Assembly (NCBI GenBank): GCA_020053105.1
Contig: JAGVNU010000076.1
Coordinates: forward strand, 8,005-72,004
From: Thermodesulfovibrionia bacterium
GTDB taxonomy: Bacteria; Nitrospirota; Thermodesulfovibrionia; UBA6902
Reading direction: 5' to 3'
Length of the DNA: 64,000 bases
Position numbers and translations under genes: made by a program. Each line of letters starts with the position of its first letter. Position 1 is the stretch's first letter. The notes under the pieces are model-generated. The model was given only the letters and a program-made list of their open reading frames with translations. It was not told the origin of the DNA and ran no database searches. Of this stretch, positions 56,779 to 64,000 are shown piece after piece.

Positions 56779-57579
56779 CTATTTAAAACTCTGTTCCTCG
56801 GAAGGAAATACCCCCTGCTCGATCTCGTCCCTGTATGTTTTAATGGCCTTCAGCACATCTTCCTTTACATATGCGTATCGTTTGACAAATTTAGGGACAA
56901 ATCTGTCAAACAGGCCTATTACGTCATGCAGGACCAGCACCTGGCCGTCGCAATGCGGACCTGCTCCTATCCCGATTGTCGGTATTGAAAGCTCTTCCGA
57001 TATTCTTCCTGCAAGGCCCATAGGTATGGCTTCCAGTACAAGAGAAAATGCGCCTGCATCTTCAACCATATGGGCTTCCTCAATCAATTTATTTGCCGCT
57101 TCTTCTGTTTTACCCTGCACTTTATAGCCGCCCATCCTGTGAATCGACTGAGGGGTAAGCCCTATGTGCGCCATGACAGGGATATCTGATTTTGTCATTG
57201 CCCTGATATGGTTAACAATCTCGGCCCCCCCTTCCATCTTTATTGCGGCAGCGCCGGCCTCTTTGAGAAACCTTCCGGCGTTTTTCAAGGCATCGTCAAT
57301 GCCTGCCTGATACGACATAAACGGCATATCTCCGATAACCATTGCATTTTTAACGGCCCTGCTCACCATCTTTGTGTGATAGATCATTTCATCCATTGTC
57401 ACCGGCAATGTGTTCTCCAGCCCCTGAACAACCATGCCCAGTGAGTCCCCTACAAGTATCGCATCTATCCCCGCCTCATCCACAATGCGGGCAAAGGGAT
57501 AATCATATGCTGTAAGCATAGCGATTTTTTTGCCGTCTTTCTTCTTTTTCAGAAAGTCATGAATGGTAAAGTTAGACAA
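56779..57579 (-). CDS. panB: 3-methyl-2-oxobutanoate hydroxymethyltransferase
   Basis: 266-aa ORF with [21 protein letters not shown] and KMEGG. The TTG start has GGAGGGG upstream. Confidence 0.9.
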   Translation of the reverse strand: MSNFTIHDFLKKKKDGKKIAMLTAYDYPFARIVDEAGIDAILVGDSLGMVVQGLENTLPVTMDEMIYHTKMVSRAVKNAMVIGDMPFMSYQAGIDDALKNAGRFLKEAGAAAIKMEGGAEIVNHIRAMTKSDIPVMAHIGLTPQSIHRMGGYKVQGKTEEAANKLIEEAHMVEDAGAFSLVLEAIPMGLAGRISEELSIPTIGIGAGPHCDGQVLVLHDVIGLFDRFVPKFVKRYAYVKEDVLKAIKTYRDEIEQGVFPSEEQSFK

Positions 57580-57628
57580 TATTTTTTACTTCCCCTCCAA
57601 AGGCATATTGAGCTCTGCCTCTGCAATT

Positions 57629-58057
57629 TTATTTCAATATTTCGACCAGCTCCAGATCAAAAATTAGTTCTTTCCCTGCCAGGGGATGGTTCGCATCCAT
57701 TTTAAAACCTTTTTCAGTCCGGCCCAGGACAGTCACAACAAATGATTTACCGTCAGGTCTGTGCATCTGAATTGACTGTCCGATCTGGGGTTCAAAGTCA
57801 CCCGGCGCGTTCTTTTTGTCAAACTCAAAAACCTTTTTCTCGTCGCGTACGCCATAAGCGTCTTCAGGAGAGATGGTAACTGTTTTGGTATCTTCAGGAT
57901 TCATGCCGATTACATTCTTCTCAAAGCCCGCTATGACCTTCCCCTCCCCTATGGTAAATTCTATCGGCATGGAATTCACAGATGATTCAACTAAATTGCC
58001 GTTTACATCTTTTAACGTATAATGGACTTTCACTTTGTCTCCGTTTTTTGCCGGCAT
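57629..58057 (-). CDS. FKBP-type peptidyl-prolyl cis-trans isomerase (SlyD/SlpA-like)
   Basis: 142-aa ORF. DKVKVHYTLKD...IEFTIGEGKVIAGFEKNVIGM and a C-terminal HPLAGKELIFDLELVEI are present. Confidence 0.85.
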   Translation of the reverse strand: MPAKNGDKVKVHYTLKDVNGNLVESSVNSMPIEFTIGEGKVIAGFEKNVIGMNPEDTKTVTISPEDAYGVRDEKKVFEFDKKNAPGDFEPQIGQSIQMHRPDGKSFVVTVLGRTEKGFKMDANHPLAGKELIFDLELVEILK

Positions 58058-58137
58058 GCGCTGTCTCCTTTTACAGATTATTGCGGATTAAAAAAAATAT
58101 GCTGCACAATTATAACATACATTTATTTTGTCTTGAT

Positions 58138-58968
58138 TTATTTGTTCTTCCTGAAATAATAAAGACCGATGCCTGTAAATATCATGCAAAGGCAGAGTAT
58201 TTGACCGAGGGTTATGACACCGAAAAGGTACCCGATTTGAGGATCAGGCTCACGCAGCATTTCAATAAAGAATCGGACTGTCCCGTACCCGATGATATAC
58301 AGAGAAAAGAAAAAACCGTCAAAGACCTTTTTCCTGCGGATGCTCCAGAGAATAATGAAAAGTAAAATACCTTCCAAAAATGCCTCATAGAGCTGTGACG
58401 GGTGCCTGAGCTGCCCGGACGTATCAAGCGGGAAATACATTCCCAACGGCGCATCCGTCGCTCGTCCGTAAAGCTCGCCGTTTATAAAATTGCCGATACG
58501 GCCAAAGGTATATCCCAGCGGGATTGAGGGGACTAAAAAGTCTGCAAATCTCCAGAACTCTATCTTGTATTTTTTGCAGAATAGAACAGTGGACGTTATT
58601 ACGCCTATCAGGCCGCCGTGATAGGACATGCCGGCAAGGCCCGTAAAGTGAAATCCTCCGCTGAAACTGAAGGGGAGGAATATTTCCAGGGGGTACGATA
58701 TGTAGTAATTCAAATTATAAAATAGCACATACCCGATCCTGGCCCCGAGCATAAGTCCCAGTATGGCCCAGACAAAATAGTTTTCAACCTCGGTTTTCTG
58801 GTAATCATAATCTTCCGTCTTCATACGGTGAAAAGAGAGGAAGTACACAACTGAAAAGGCAATGATATACATCAGACCGTAATACCGGACCTGGAATTGC
58901 CCTATCTGAATAATATACGGTTTTATGTGTTCGGGAATGTGCTGCCAGAAATTAATGAAGGTATTCAT
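58138..58968 (-). CDS. lgt: Prolipoprotein diacylglyceryl transferase
   Basis: 276-aa ORF with YGLMYIIAF, HGGLIG and GRIGNFINGELYGR. Confidence 0.92.
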   Translation of the reverse strand: MNTFINFWQHIPEHIKPYIIQIGQFQVRYYGLMYIIAFSVVYFLSFHRMKTEDYDYQKTEVENYFVWAILGLMLGARIGYVLFYNLNYYISYPLEIFLPFSFSGGFHFTGLAGMSYHGGLIGVITSTVLFCKKYKIEFWRFADFLVPSIPLGYTFGRIGNFINGELYGRATDAPLGMYFPLDTSGQLRHPSQLYEAFLEGILLFIILWSIRRKKVFDGFFFSLYIIGYGTVRFFIEMLREPDPQIGYLFGVITLGQILCLCMIFTGIGLYYFRKNK

Positions 58969-59249
58969 ATTCTGTTCGTTACCTGCTCTTCAATAAACCG
59001 GAATATTTTTTTGAACTTCTTCAGAAAAAACAGGATTGCGGTTGCGACGACAGCCGCCGCAATGGTTATTGTAACAATATTGATATGCTCAAAATGAAAA
59101 TAACGGGCGTTGATTACGTGTACCGAGCCGGTCAAAAGCATTATCACTACAACCGACAGCAGGGAGAACACGATGACAACCATAAAAAAATATATGTACG
59201 GCAGCAGCCGTTCTTTTGCTGATTTTGATTTTGGACCGGACATTATCAT
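58965..59249 (-). CDS. Small two-TM membrane protein (hypothetical)
   Basis: 94-aa ORF with two hydrophobic helices. An ATGA junction couples it to lgt. There is no clear Shine-Dalgarno. Confidence 0.5.
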   Translation of the reverse strand: MIMSGPKSKSAKERLLPYIYFFMVVIVFSLLSVVVIMLLTGSVHVINARYFHFEHINIVTITIAAAVVATAILFFLKKFKKIFRFIEEQVTNRI

Positions 59250-59383
59250 GCGGTTATTTTACGCAATAACCGGCATGAGTTACAAACGTGAAGGGAAAAT
59301 AGTTTGTTGTGAAGATGTTCGGGCCAATTTGTCAGGCAGGCAACAAAGAAATTTGATGACCTTGCCAAAAGGTCCCTGCGTGA

Positions 59384-59416
59384 TAGAAAAGGGGGAAGAT
59401 ATCTTCCCCCTTTCTT
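59384..59416 (-). terminator. Rho-independent terminator after hcp
   Basis: AAAGGGGGAAGAT/ATCTTCCCCCTTT is a perfect palindrome. A U-rich tail follows on the minus strand. Confidence 0.75.
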
Positions 59417-59425
59417 ATATTATTG

Positions 59426-61069
59426 TTAGGCTCCAACAGTCTCTTCTTTGAGAATTGCCGCCAGGTCCTGATCAGGTGTAGTGATGGGCTTGATATTGTA
59501 ATTCTTAACAAGGAAGTCCACCACGTTGGGCGTCAGGAACGAGGGCAGCGTCGGGCCCAGTCTTATGTCCTTTATCCCCAGGTAGAGCAGTGTAAGCAGT
59601 ATTGCGACCGCCTTCTGCTCATACCAGGAGAGCACCATCGAGAGGGGCAGTTCATTTACTCCTACACCGAATGCCTTGGAAAGCGCTACCGCAATCTGTA
59701 TTGCAGAATAGGCATCGTTACACTGTCCTATGTCGAGAAGACGGGGGATGCCGCCGATGTTGCCGAGGTCCTTATCAAAGAACCGGAATTTGCCGCACGC
59801 CAGGGTAAGCACCACACAGTCTTTCGGGACTTTCTCCACAAACTCCGTGTAGTAATTCCTGCCTGCCTTTGCTCCGTCACATCCGCCGACAAGGAAGAAA
59901 TGTCTTATGGCGCCGCTCTTGACACCGTCGATCACCTTGTCCGCAACACTCATTACAGCATTCCTTGCAAAGCCGGTCATAACCTTCTTGCCGGCAACAT
60001 CCTCCGGGAATCCGGGGAGATGGAGCGCCCTTTCTATGGCAGGTGTGTAATCATGATCTTTAATGTGAGTGACACCCGGCCAGTCGACCAATCCGCAGGT
60101 AAAGACATTTGCCTTGTAAGAGTCATGCGGCTTCTGGAGACAGTTGGTCGTCATAACTATGGCTCCAGGGAACTCCGCGAATTCCTTGTGCTGGTTTTGC
60201 CAGGCTGTCCCGTAATGGCCGTAGAAGTGCGGGTATTTCTTTAATTCAGGATACGCGTGAGTGGGGAGCATTTCGCCGTGAGTATAAATATTTATTCCCT
60301 TGCCCTCAGTCTGTTTTAATATATCCTCAAGATCATAAAGGTCATGACCGGATACCAGTATCGCCTTCCCTTTCTTTGCACCCAGCGGGACCTCTGTCGG
60401 GACAGGATGACCGTATTTCCCGGTGTTGGCAGCATCAAGTAATTCCATGGCCTTCAGGTTGACCTCTCCGCACTTAAGGGCCAGCGCCACCCAGTCTTCC
60501 ATAGTGAGTTGCTTGTTAAGCATTGAACTCAGAGCTTCATACACATATGCGTAAACCGCATCATCCTTATGACCGAGGACCTGCGCGTGATAGGCATATG
60601 CTGCAATTCCCTTAAGACCGTACAGTGTCGTCTGCATGAGGGACAAAATGTCTGCATTGACGTCATCAGGAGTCATTGTAGCCGCCTCTCCCTGTTTGAC
60701 CATTCCTTCCACAGTGCTTTCAGGGAAGAATGCCGCAGTGGCTTCCGTAAAATCAACACGGCCGCCTGCGGTCTTGATCTTTGCCTTAAGTCCCTCTCTT
60801 AACTCCACACATTTATTAATGAGAGTTGCAAATCTTTCAGCATCAAAGTTGACGTTAGTAAGCGTAGAAAAAAGCGCGCCTGCTGCGAACTCATCAGCCT
60901 CCGCGTCAATTACCCCATTCATCCTGCCTTCAACTGCATATAGTGAAAGCCCCTTGAGTGCGTACACCAGAAGGTCCTGCAGTGCGGCTACATCCGGCTT
61001 TTTCCCGCATGTGCCGATCTTGATGCAGCCTCCTCCTTTTGATACCTGTTCACATTGATTACAAAACAT
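59426..61069 (-). CDS. hcp: Hybrid-cluster protein / hydroxylamine reductase
   Basis: 547-aa ORF with the N-terminal MFCNQCEQVSKGGGCIKIGTCGK Cys motif. Length and C-terminal half are typical. Confidence 0.93.
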   Translation of the reverse strand: MFCNQCEQVSKGGGCIKIGTCGKKPDVAALQDLLVYALKGLSLYAVEGRMNGVIDAEADEFAAGALFSTLTNVNFDAERFATLINKCVELREGLKAKIKTAGGRVDFTEATAAFFPESTVEGMVKQGEAATMTPDDVNADILSLMQTTLYGLKGIAAYAYHAQVLGHKDDAVYAYVYEALSSMLNKQLTMEDWVALALKCGEVNLKAMELLDAANTGKYGHPVPTEVPLGAKKGKAILVSGHDLYDLEDILKQTEGKGINIYTHGEMLPTHAYPELKKYPHFYGHYGTAWQNQHKEFAEFPGAIVMTTNCLQKPHDSYKANVFTCGLVDWPGVTHIKDHDYTPAIERALHLPGFPEDVAGKKVMTGFARNAVMSVADKVIDGVKSGAIRHFFLVGGCDGAKAGRNYYTEFVEKVPKDCVVLTLACGKFRFFDKDLGNIGGIPRLLDIGQCNDAYSAIQIAVALSKAFGVGVNELPLSMVLSWYEQKAVAILLTLLYLGIKDIRLGPTLPSFLTPNVVDFLVKNYNIKPITTPDQDLAAILKEETVGA

Positions 61070-61152
61070 AATGTACCTCCTTTGTTTGATTACGATATCC
61101 GCAATTGATTCATTCTCTGCTTATATATTAAGTGAAGCTGAACAGGATATCC

Positions 61153-61166
61153 TTGACTTATGTCAA
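61153..61166. promoter_or_regulatory. Crp/Fnr-type palindromic box (HcpR/FNR-like site)
   Basis: TTGAC-ttat-GTCAA lies 84-97 nt upstream of the hcp ATG, in the hcp / regulator divergent spacer. Confidence 0.6.
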
Positions 61167-61219
61167 TAATACAGCATATTTTCTCTTTGTCAAAATATTT
61201 TCTCTTTTGACAGAACCAT

Positions 61220-61948
61220 ATGAATAGTGGTATTAAATTGCTCAAGATGAATATGAAAAAGACTCATCAGTCATCTGCTATGATGAACATTCCTCTCTTC
61301 CACAATCTGCCAGGGCCGTCGCTGAAGATACTTCAGGGGATATTAATGGAGAAGGAATTTTCAAAAGGGGAAAATATCTTCTCGGAGGGAAGTGAGTCCA
61401 CCGGGTTTTATATTATTATGAGAGGCAGGGTAAAGGTATACAAACTTTCGCCGGAGGGAAAGGAGCAGATCCTCCATATAGTCGGCCCCAGGGAACTCCT
61501 TGGCGCGGTTTCCGCTTTTGCAGGAAGCCCGTATCCTGCGCACGCAGACGCGATGGAAAAGACAAAAGCGCTTTTCTTCCTCCAAAAGGACTTTCTGGCG
61601 CTGGTGCGTAAAGAGCCCTCTGTAGTAATGAACATGATGGCCAACCTTGCGATGCGCCTTCAGCACTTCACGAGGATGATTGAAGACCTTTCGCTCAAGG
61701 AAGTCCCCGGCAGGCTGGCCGCATATTTCCTATATCTATGTGAACAGAAAGGTTGCAGCGATATTGTAGAGATGGACATCTCCAAAGGTCAGCTGGCAAG
61801 CCTCCTCGGAACAATACCGGAAACTCTTTCCCGGATACTGCGCAGATTGAGTGAACAGGGAGTGCTTGAAGTCAGCGGCAGAAGGATCAGGCTGATCAAC
61901 AAGAAGGCGCTTAAGGACATTATTAACGGCGAGAAGTTAAGGTTTTAG
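61220..61948 (+). CDS. Crp/Fnr-family transcriptional regulator (HcpR-like by context)
   Basis: It has a cNMP-binding-like domain (FSEGSESTGFYIIMRGRVKVY) and a C-terminal HTH (SKGQLASLLGTIPETLSRILRRL). The true start may be further downstream, for example at MMNIPLF. Confidence 0.85.
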   Translation: MNSGIKLLKMNMKKTHQSSAMMNIPLFHNLPGPSLKILQGILMEKEFSKGENIFSEGSESTGFYIIMRGRVKVYKLSPEGKEQILHIVGPRELLGAVSAFAGSPYPAHADAMEKTKALFFLQKDFLALVRKEPSVVMNMMANLAMRLQHFTRMIEDLSLKEVPGRLAAYFLYLCEQKGCSDIVEMDISKGQLASLLGTIPETLSRILRRLSEQGVLEVSGRRIRLINKKALKDIINGEKLRF

Positions 61949-61977
61949 CAGTTAGTACATTAACCGACTGCTAAAAC
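61940..61977. terminator. 12-bp perfect hairpin between convergent genes
   Basis: GGTTTTAGCAGT-N14-ACTGCTAAAACC spans the regulator stop codon. There is no U tract. Confidence 0.35.
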
Positions 61978-61999
61978 CTGAATTCCGGATTTCCATCTA

Positions 62000-62608
62000 T
62001 CATTTGCCAAGGATTACTGCTATCTCTTTCGTATGCCACGCAATACTCTTTATAGCTCCAAGCATTCCTACGTAAATAGATGAAGCCACAGGCAGGCATT
62101 CACCCGTTATTAACCTGTTCTCGTGTAATGTGGCATACTCATCCGCCATGCGTTCTATGTTTGCCTGGGATTCCAGTACATATTTACTCAGAAACGTGTT
62201 CCTCGCAAGGATAATGTCAGCTGTAGGTCTCAGTATTTCAACCAGCCGTTGAAGAAGATATATTGATTCATTAACTGCCTTGTCGGAAAAAAGGACCTTC
62301 TCCCTGATCTTTTTATCTATCAGACCAGACAGCTTGTCCAGGTTCTTCCAGATGTTCCCAAGGTGCTCCGGGACCACGACATATGGTCTGATGCCCTCTT
62401 CATCGGAAGCCGCTTCCTTGATAATTGCTGACAGTGGACCGGTCTCTTTCTGGACTGCCTCAGCCTTTGTCCTGTACTCCTGCAATGGTTTTGATGTGTT
62501 ATAAGTGATTGCAGTCTGCATGGCTGCTATCAATTCAGCTGTCTCATGCGTAATATCATGTAAAAAGGCCAGCTTGCTTTTAATGTTTATTTTGGTTGCC
62601 AGTTTCAT
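62000..62608 (-). CDS. Hypothetical helical protein, loosely PhoU/DUF47-like
   Basis: 202-aa ORF with GGAGG upstream. The composition is helical. The family assignment is tentative. Confidence 0.5.
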   Translation of the reverse strand: MKLATKINIKSKLAFLHDITHETAELIAAMQTAITYNTSKPLQEYRTKAEAVQKETGPLSAIIKEAASDEEGIRPYVVVPEHLGNIWKNLDKLSGLIDKKIREKVLFSDKAVNESIYLLQRLVEILRPTADIILARNTFLSKYVLESQANIERMADEYATLHENRLITGECLPVASSIYVGMLGAIKSIAWHTKEIAVILGK

Positions 62609-62776
62609 ACTTTCACCTCCTCGTTGTAACTAGTTCTATCTATAAATAAAACCTATCACATAATGTCTGGCTGTGCAACTATTTATAATGAGGCTGACTG
62701 TTACAGTGACAAGGGTCAACGTGTAATTGTTCTGTCCGTTAACCAATTTAAACTTCTATACGCAGCTGCCACACGA

Positions 62777-62804
62777 TTGACTTCCCGGTAGTTTTTGATA
62801 GAAT
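62777..62804 (+). promoter_or_regulatory. Candidate sigma-70 promoter
   Basis: TTGACT-N16-TAGAAT lies upstream of the coiled-coil protein gene. Confidence 0.45.
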
Positions 62805-62857
62805 CCCCTTAAAGGTTTAAGGAGGATATTATTTTAAATACTTAGACAGAGGAGGAG

Positions 62858-63160
62858 ATGATGACCAAAGAAACTAGAGAGGCATATATAGAAAAACTGG
62901 AGGCAAAACTCAGGGAATGGTCCAATGAGATAGACAAATTGAAGGCAAAAGCGGAACGTTCAGAGGCAAAGATCAGGGAAGAATACAATAAAAGGATCGA
63001 GGACCTTCGATCAAGCAGGGAAGATATCAAAAAGAAGGTCCAGAAGCTGAAGGAAGCTGGTGAGGAGACTTGGGAGGAACTCAGGTCAGGCACTGAGAAA
63101 GCATGGCAGGAAATGAAAACCGCACTCGACAAAGCAGTATCAAAATTCAAGGAGAAATAA
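62858..63160 (+). CDS. Small charged coiled-coil protein (100 aa)
   Basis: AGGAGG Shine-Dalgarno. The Lys/Glu-rich sequence shows heptad character throughout (EKLEAKLREWSNEIDKLKAKAERSEAKIREEY...). Confidence 0.65.
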   Translation: MMTKETREAYIEKLEAKLREWSNEIDKLKAKAERSEAKIREEYNKRIEDLRSSREDIKKKVQKLKEAGEETWEELRSGTEKAWQEMKTALDKAVSKFKEK

Positions 63161-63296
63161 GGCAGAGCGCAAACAATATGTTTAATTAATGGGCACGTTC
63201 GCGGTTAACACTCTGGAGTATATTTCCCCCGTCAAAACGGACTGTCCGCATGACTCTGAAAGGTGGCATCATCATATAAAAAGAGTTATAATAAAT

Positions 63297-63610
63297 TAAG
63301 ACATAAGCTTGCGATCCCTTGGTGTGGATTAAGCCTGAGAACCAAGCAAATTGTGAAAGGGAGCGGGAGTTGGATGCGGTGAGCGATTCTCCGACGTTAA
63401 GGTAGAAACGCCTGAAGCATCTGCCGAAGCACCCCGTATTTAATAAGAGCTCAAGAGTCTAATCACCTGGGGGTATCGCACTATACATATAGAGCCGTCT
63501 GAAGGCGAAGTGTCACGCTGCATTAGTGGTGACAGAATGTTGGACATGCAGTCAGCAGAATTGTCCAAGGAAGCAGGCCTGAAGATGACTCTATTTTTTT
63601 GTGCCCGTTA
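63297..63610 (+). other. Unassigned hairpin-rich element (candidate ncRNA or leader)
   Basis: All frames are stop-rich. At least six local stems of 5-6 bp are present, the motif CUGAAG occurs three times, and the element ends in a T7 run at 63594-63600. A TATAAT hexamer lies at 63287-63292. Confidence 0.3.
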
Positions 63611-63788
63611 GTCTTGTCAGCCCTATCCTTTCAGCATCAAGCCGATTCTCGGCGTCTCTGCCAGGCCACGGACCATTTGAAATAACTAACGATAGACATC
63701 TGAGACATTATGTGTTATTAAATAGATGTAGTATCCCAATAAGGGCCGGCCCTTCCTTAAGAAGGGGCAAAGTCAGCGGGCGTCTAAA

Positions 63789-64000
63789 ATGACAATTCAA
63801 AACAACTCAAACATCCTCGGAATAGATATCGGTTCAGTATCCATTTCAATTGTTGAAATGAATCCGGGAAAAGAAATCGTTAAGACCGCCTATGAATTCC
63901 ATCACGGCAATATCATTGACACTCTGAAAAAGATCCTGAACGATTTTGATTTGTCCGGCATTTGCGGGATTGCCTCAACATCTTCAACCCCGTCGGTTAT
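63789..64000 (+). CDS. BadF/BadG/BcrA/BcrD-type ATPase (CoA-substrate-specific enzyme activase family), N-terminal part
   Basis: MTIQNNSNILGIDIGSVSISIVEM... is the acetate/sugar-kinase-fold GIDIGS motif typical of these activases. The gene runs off the window. Confidence 0.6.
   Translation, partial: MTIQNNSNILGIDIGSVSISIVEMNPGKEIVKTAYEFHHGNIIDTLKKILNDFDLSGICGIASTSSTPSV

Noticed and set aside
56402-57127. The 241-aa plus-strand ORF.
   Set aside because: It spans the kinase 5' end, the intergenic spacer and the panB 3' end on the wrong strand.
59423-60244. The 273-aa plus-strand ORF.
   Set aside because: It is antisense to hcp and has no recognisable domain.
63297-63610. Assigning the hairpin-rich element to RNase P RNA, SRP RNA, or a cobalamin or lysine riboswitch.
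   Set aside because: Only short fragments match (GUGAAAGGG, GUGAGCGAUU, GGAAGCAGGCC, GCCGAAGCA). The universal cores are absent or in the wrong order: GAGGAAAGUCC for RNase P, the GGAA tetraloop helix 8 for SRP, the B12 box GCCACUG, and AGAGGCGC for the L-box.

Overview
This 64-kb window looks like ordinary chromosome. I found no rRNA, tRNA, CRISPR array, transposase or phage genes. The gene content suggests a flagellated anaerobe with an outer membrane (flgBC-fliE, LapB, Lgt, GspA/B, a 13-haem cytochrome c, Hcp, Fhs), but the taxon cannot be determined from this window. I support about 58 protein genes, mostly on the minus strand.

Gene blocks, in window order:
- A sigma-54 regulatory cascade upstream of flgB-flgC-fliE.
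- A CheY/CheC-like/GGDEF operon.
- hemH and hemY, separated by an unknown gene on the opposite strand.
- A LapA/LapB-like gene, then proA-nadD-rsfS.
- REC-GGDEF-HD-GYP, ribF, and clpS-clpA-aat, where aat is frameshifted in an A7 run.
- An HD-GYP protein, gspA/gspB-like genes, asnS, and several small genes (DUF1059, yajD, a lipoprotein, PilZ).
- A run of two radical-SAM genes, a thioredoxin-like/TPR gene and a multihaem cytochrome.
- A Fic / VbhA-like pair, then priA.
- An htpX / UPF0016 / DsbA-like / zinc-ribbon / P-type ATPase operon behind what I recognise as a yybP-ykoY (Mn2+) riboswitch.
- fhs, pgsA, a DUF512 gene and aroE.
- A REC-PAS histidine kinase with a LuxR-type response regulator.
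- panB, an FKBP gene, lgt, and hcp with a divergent Crp/Fnr regulator.

The least explained sequence is non-coding:
- A 796-bp gene-free spacer (52832-53627) holds two tandem ~85-nt rod-like repeats. Their closing stems differ in sequence but stay complementary.
- A ~300-nt hairpin-rich element (about 63.3-63.6 kb) matches no RNA family that I can place.

All functional calls come from reading motifs by eye. No database search was run.
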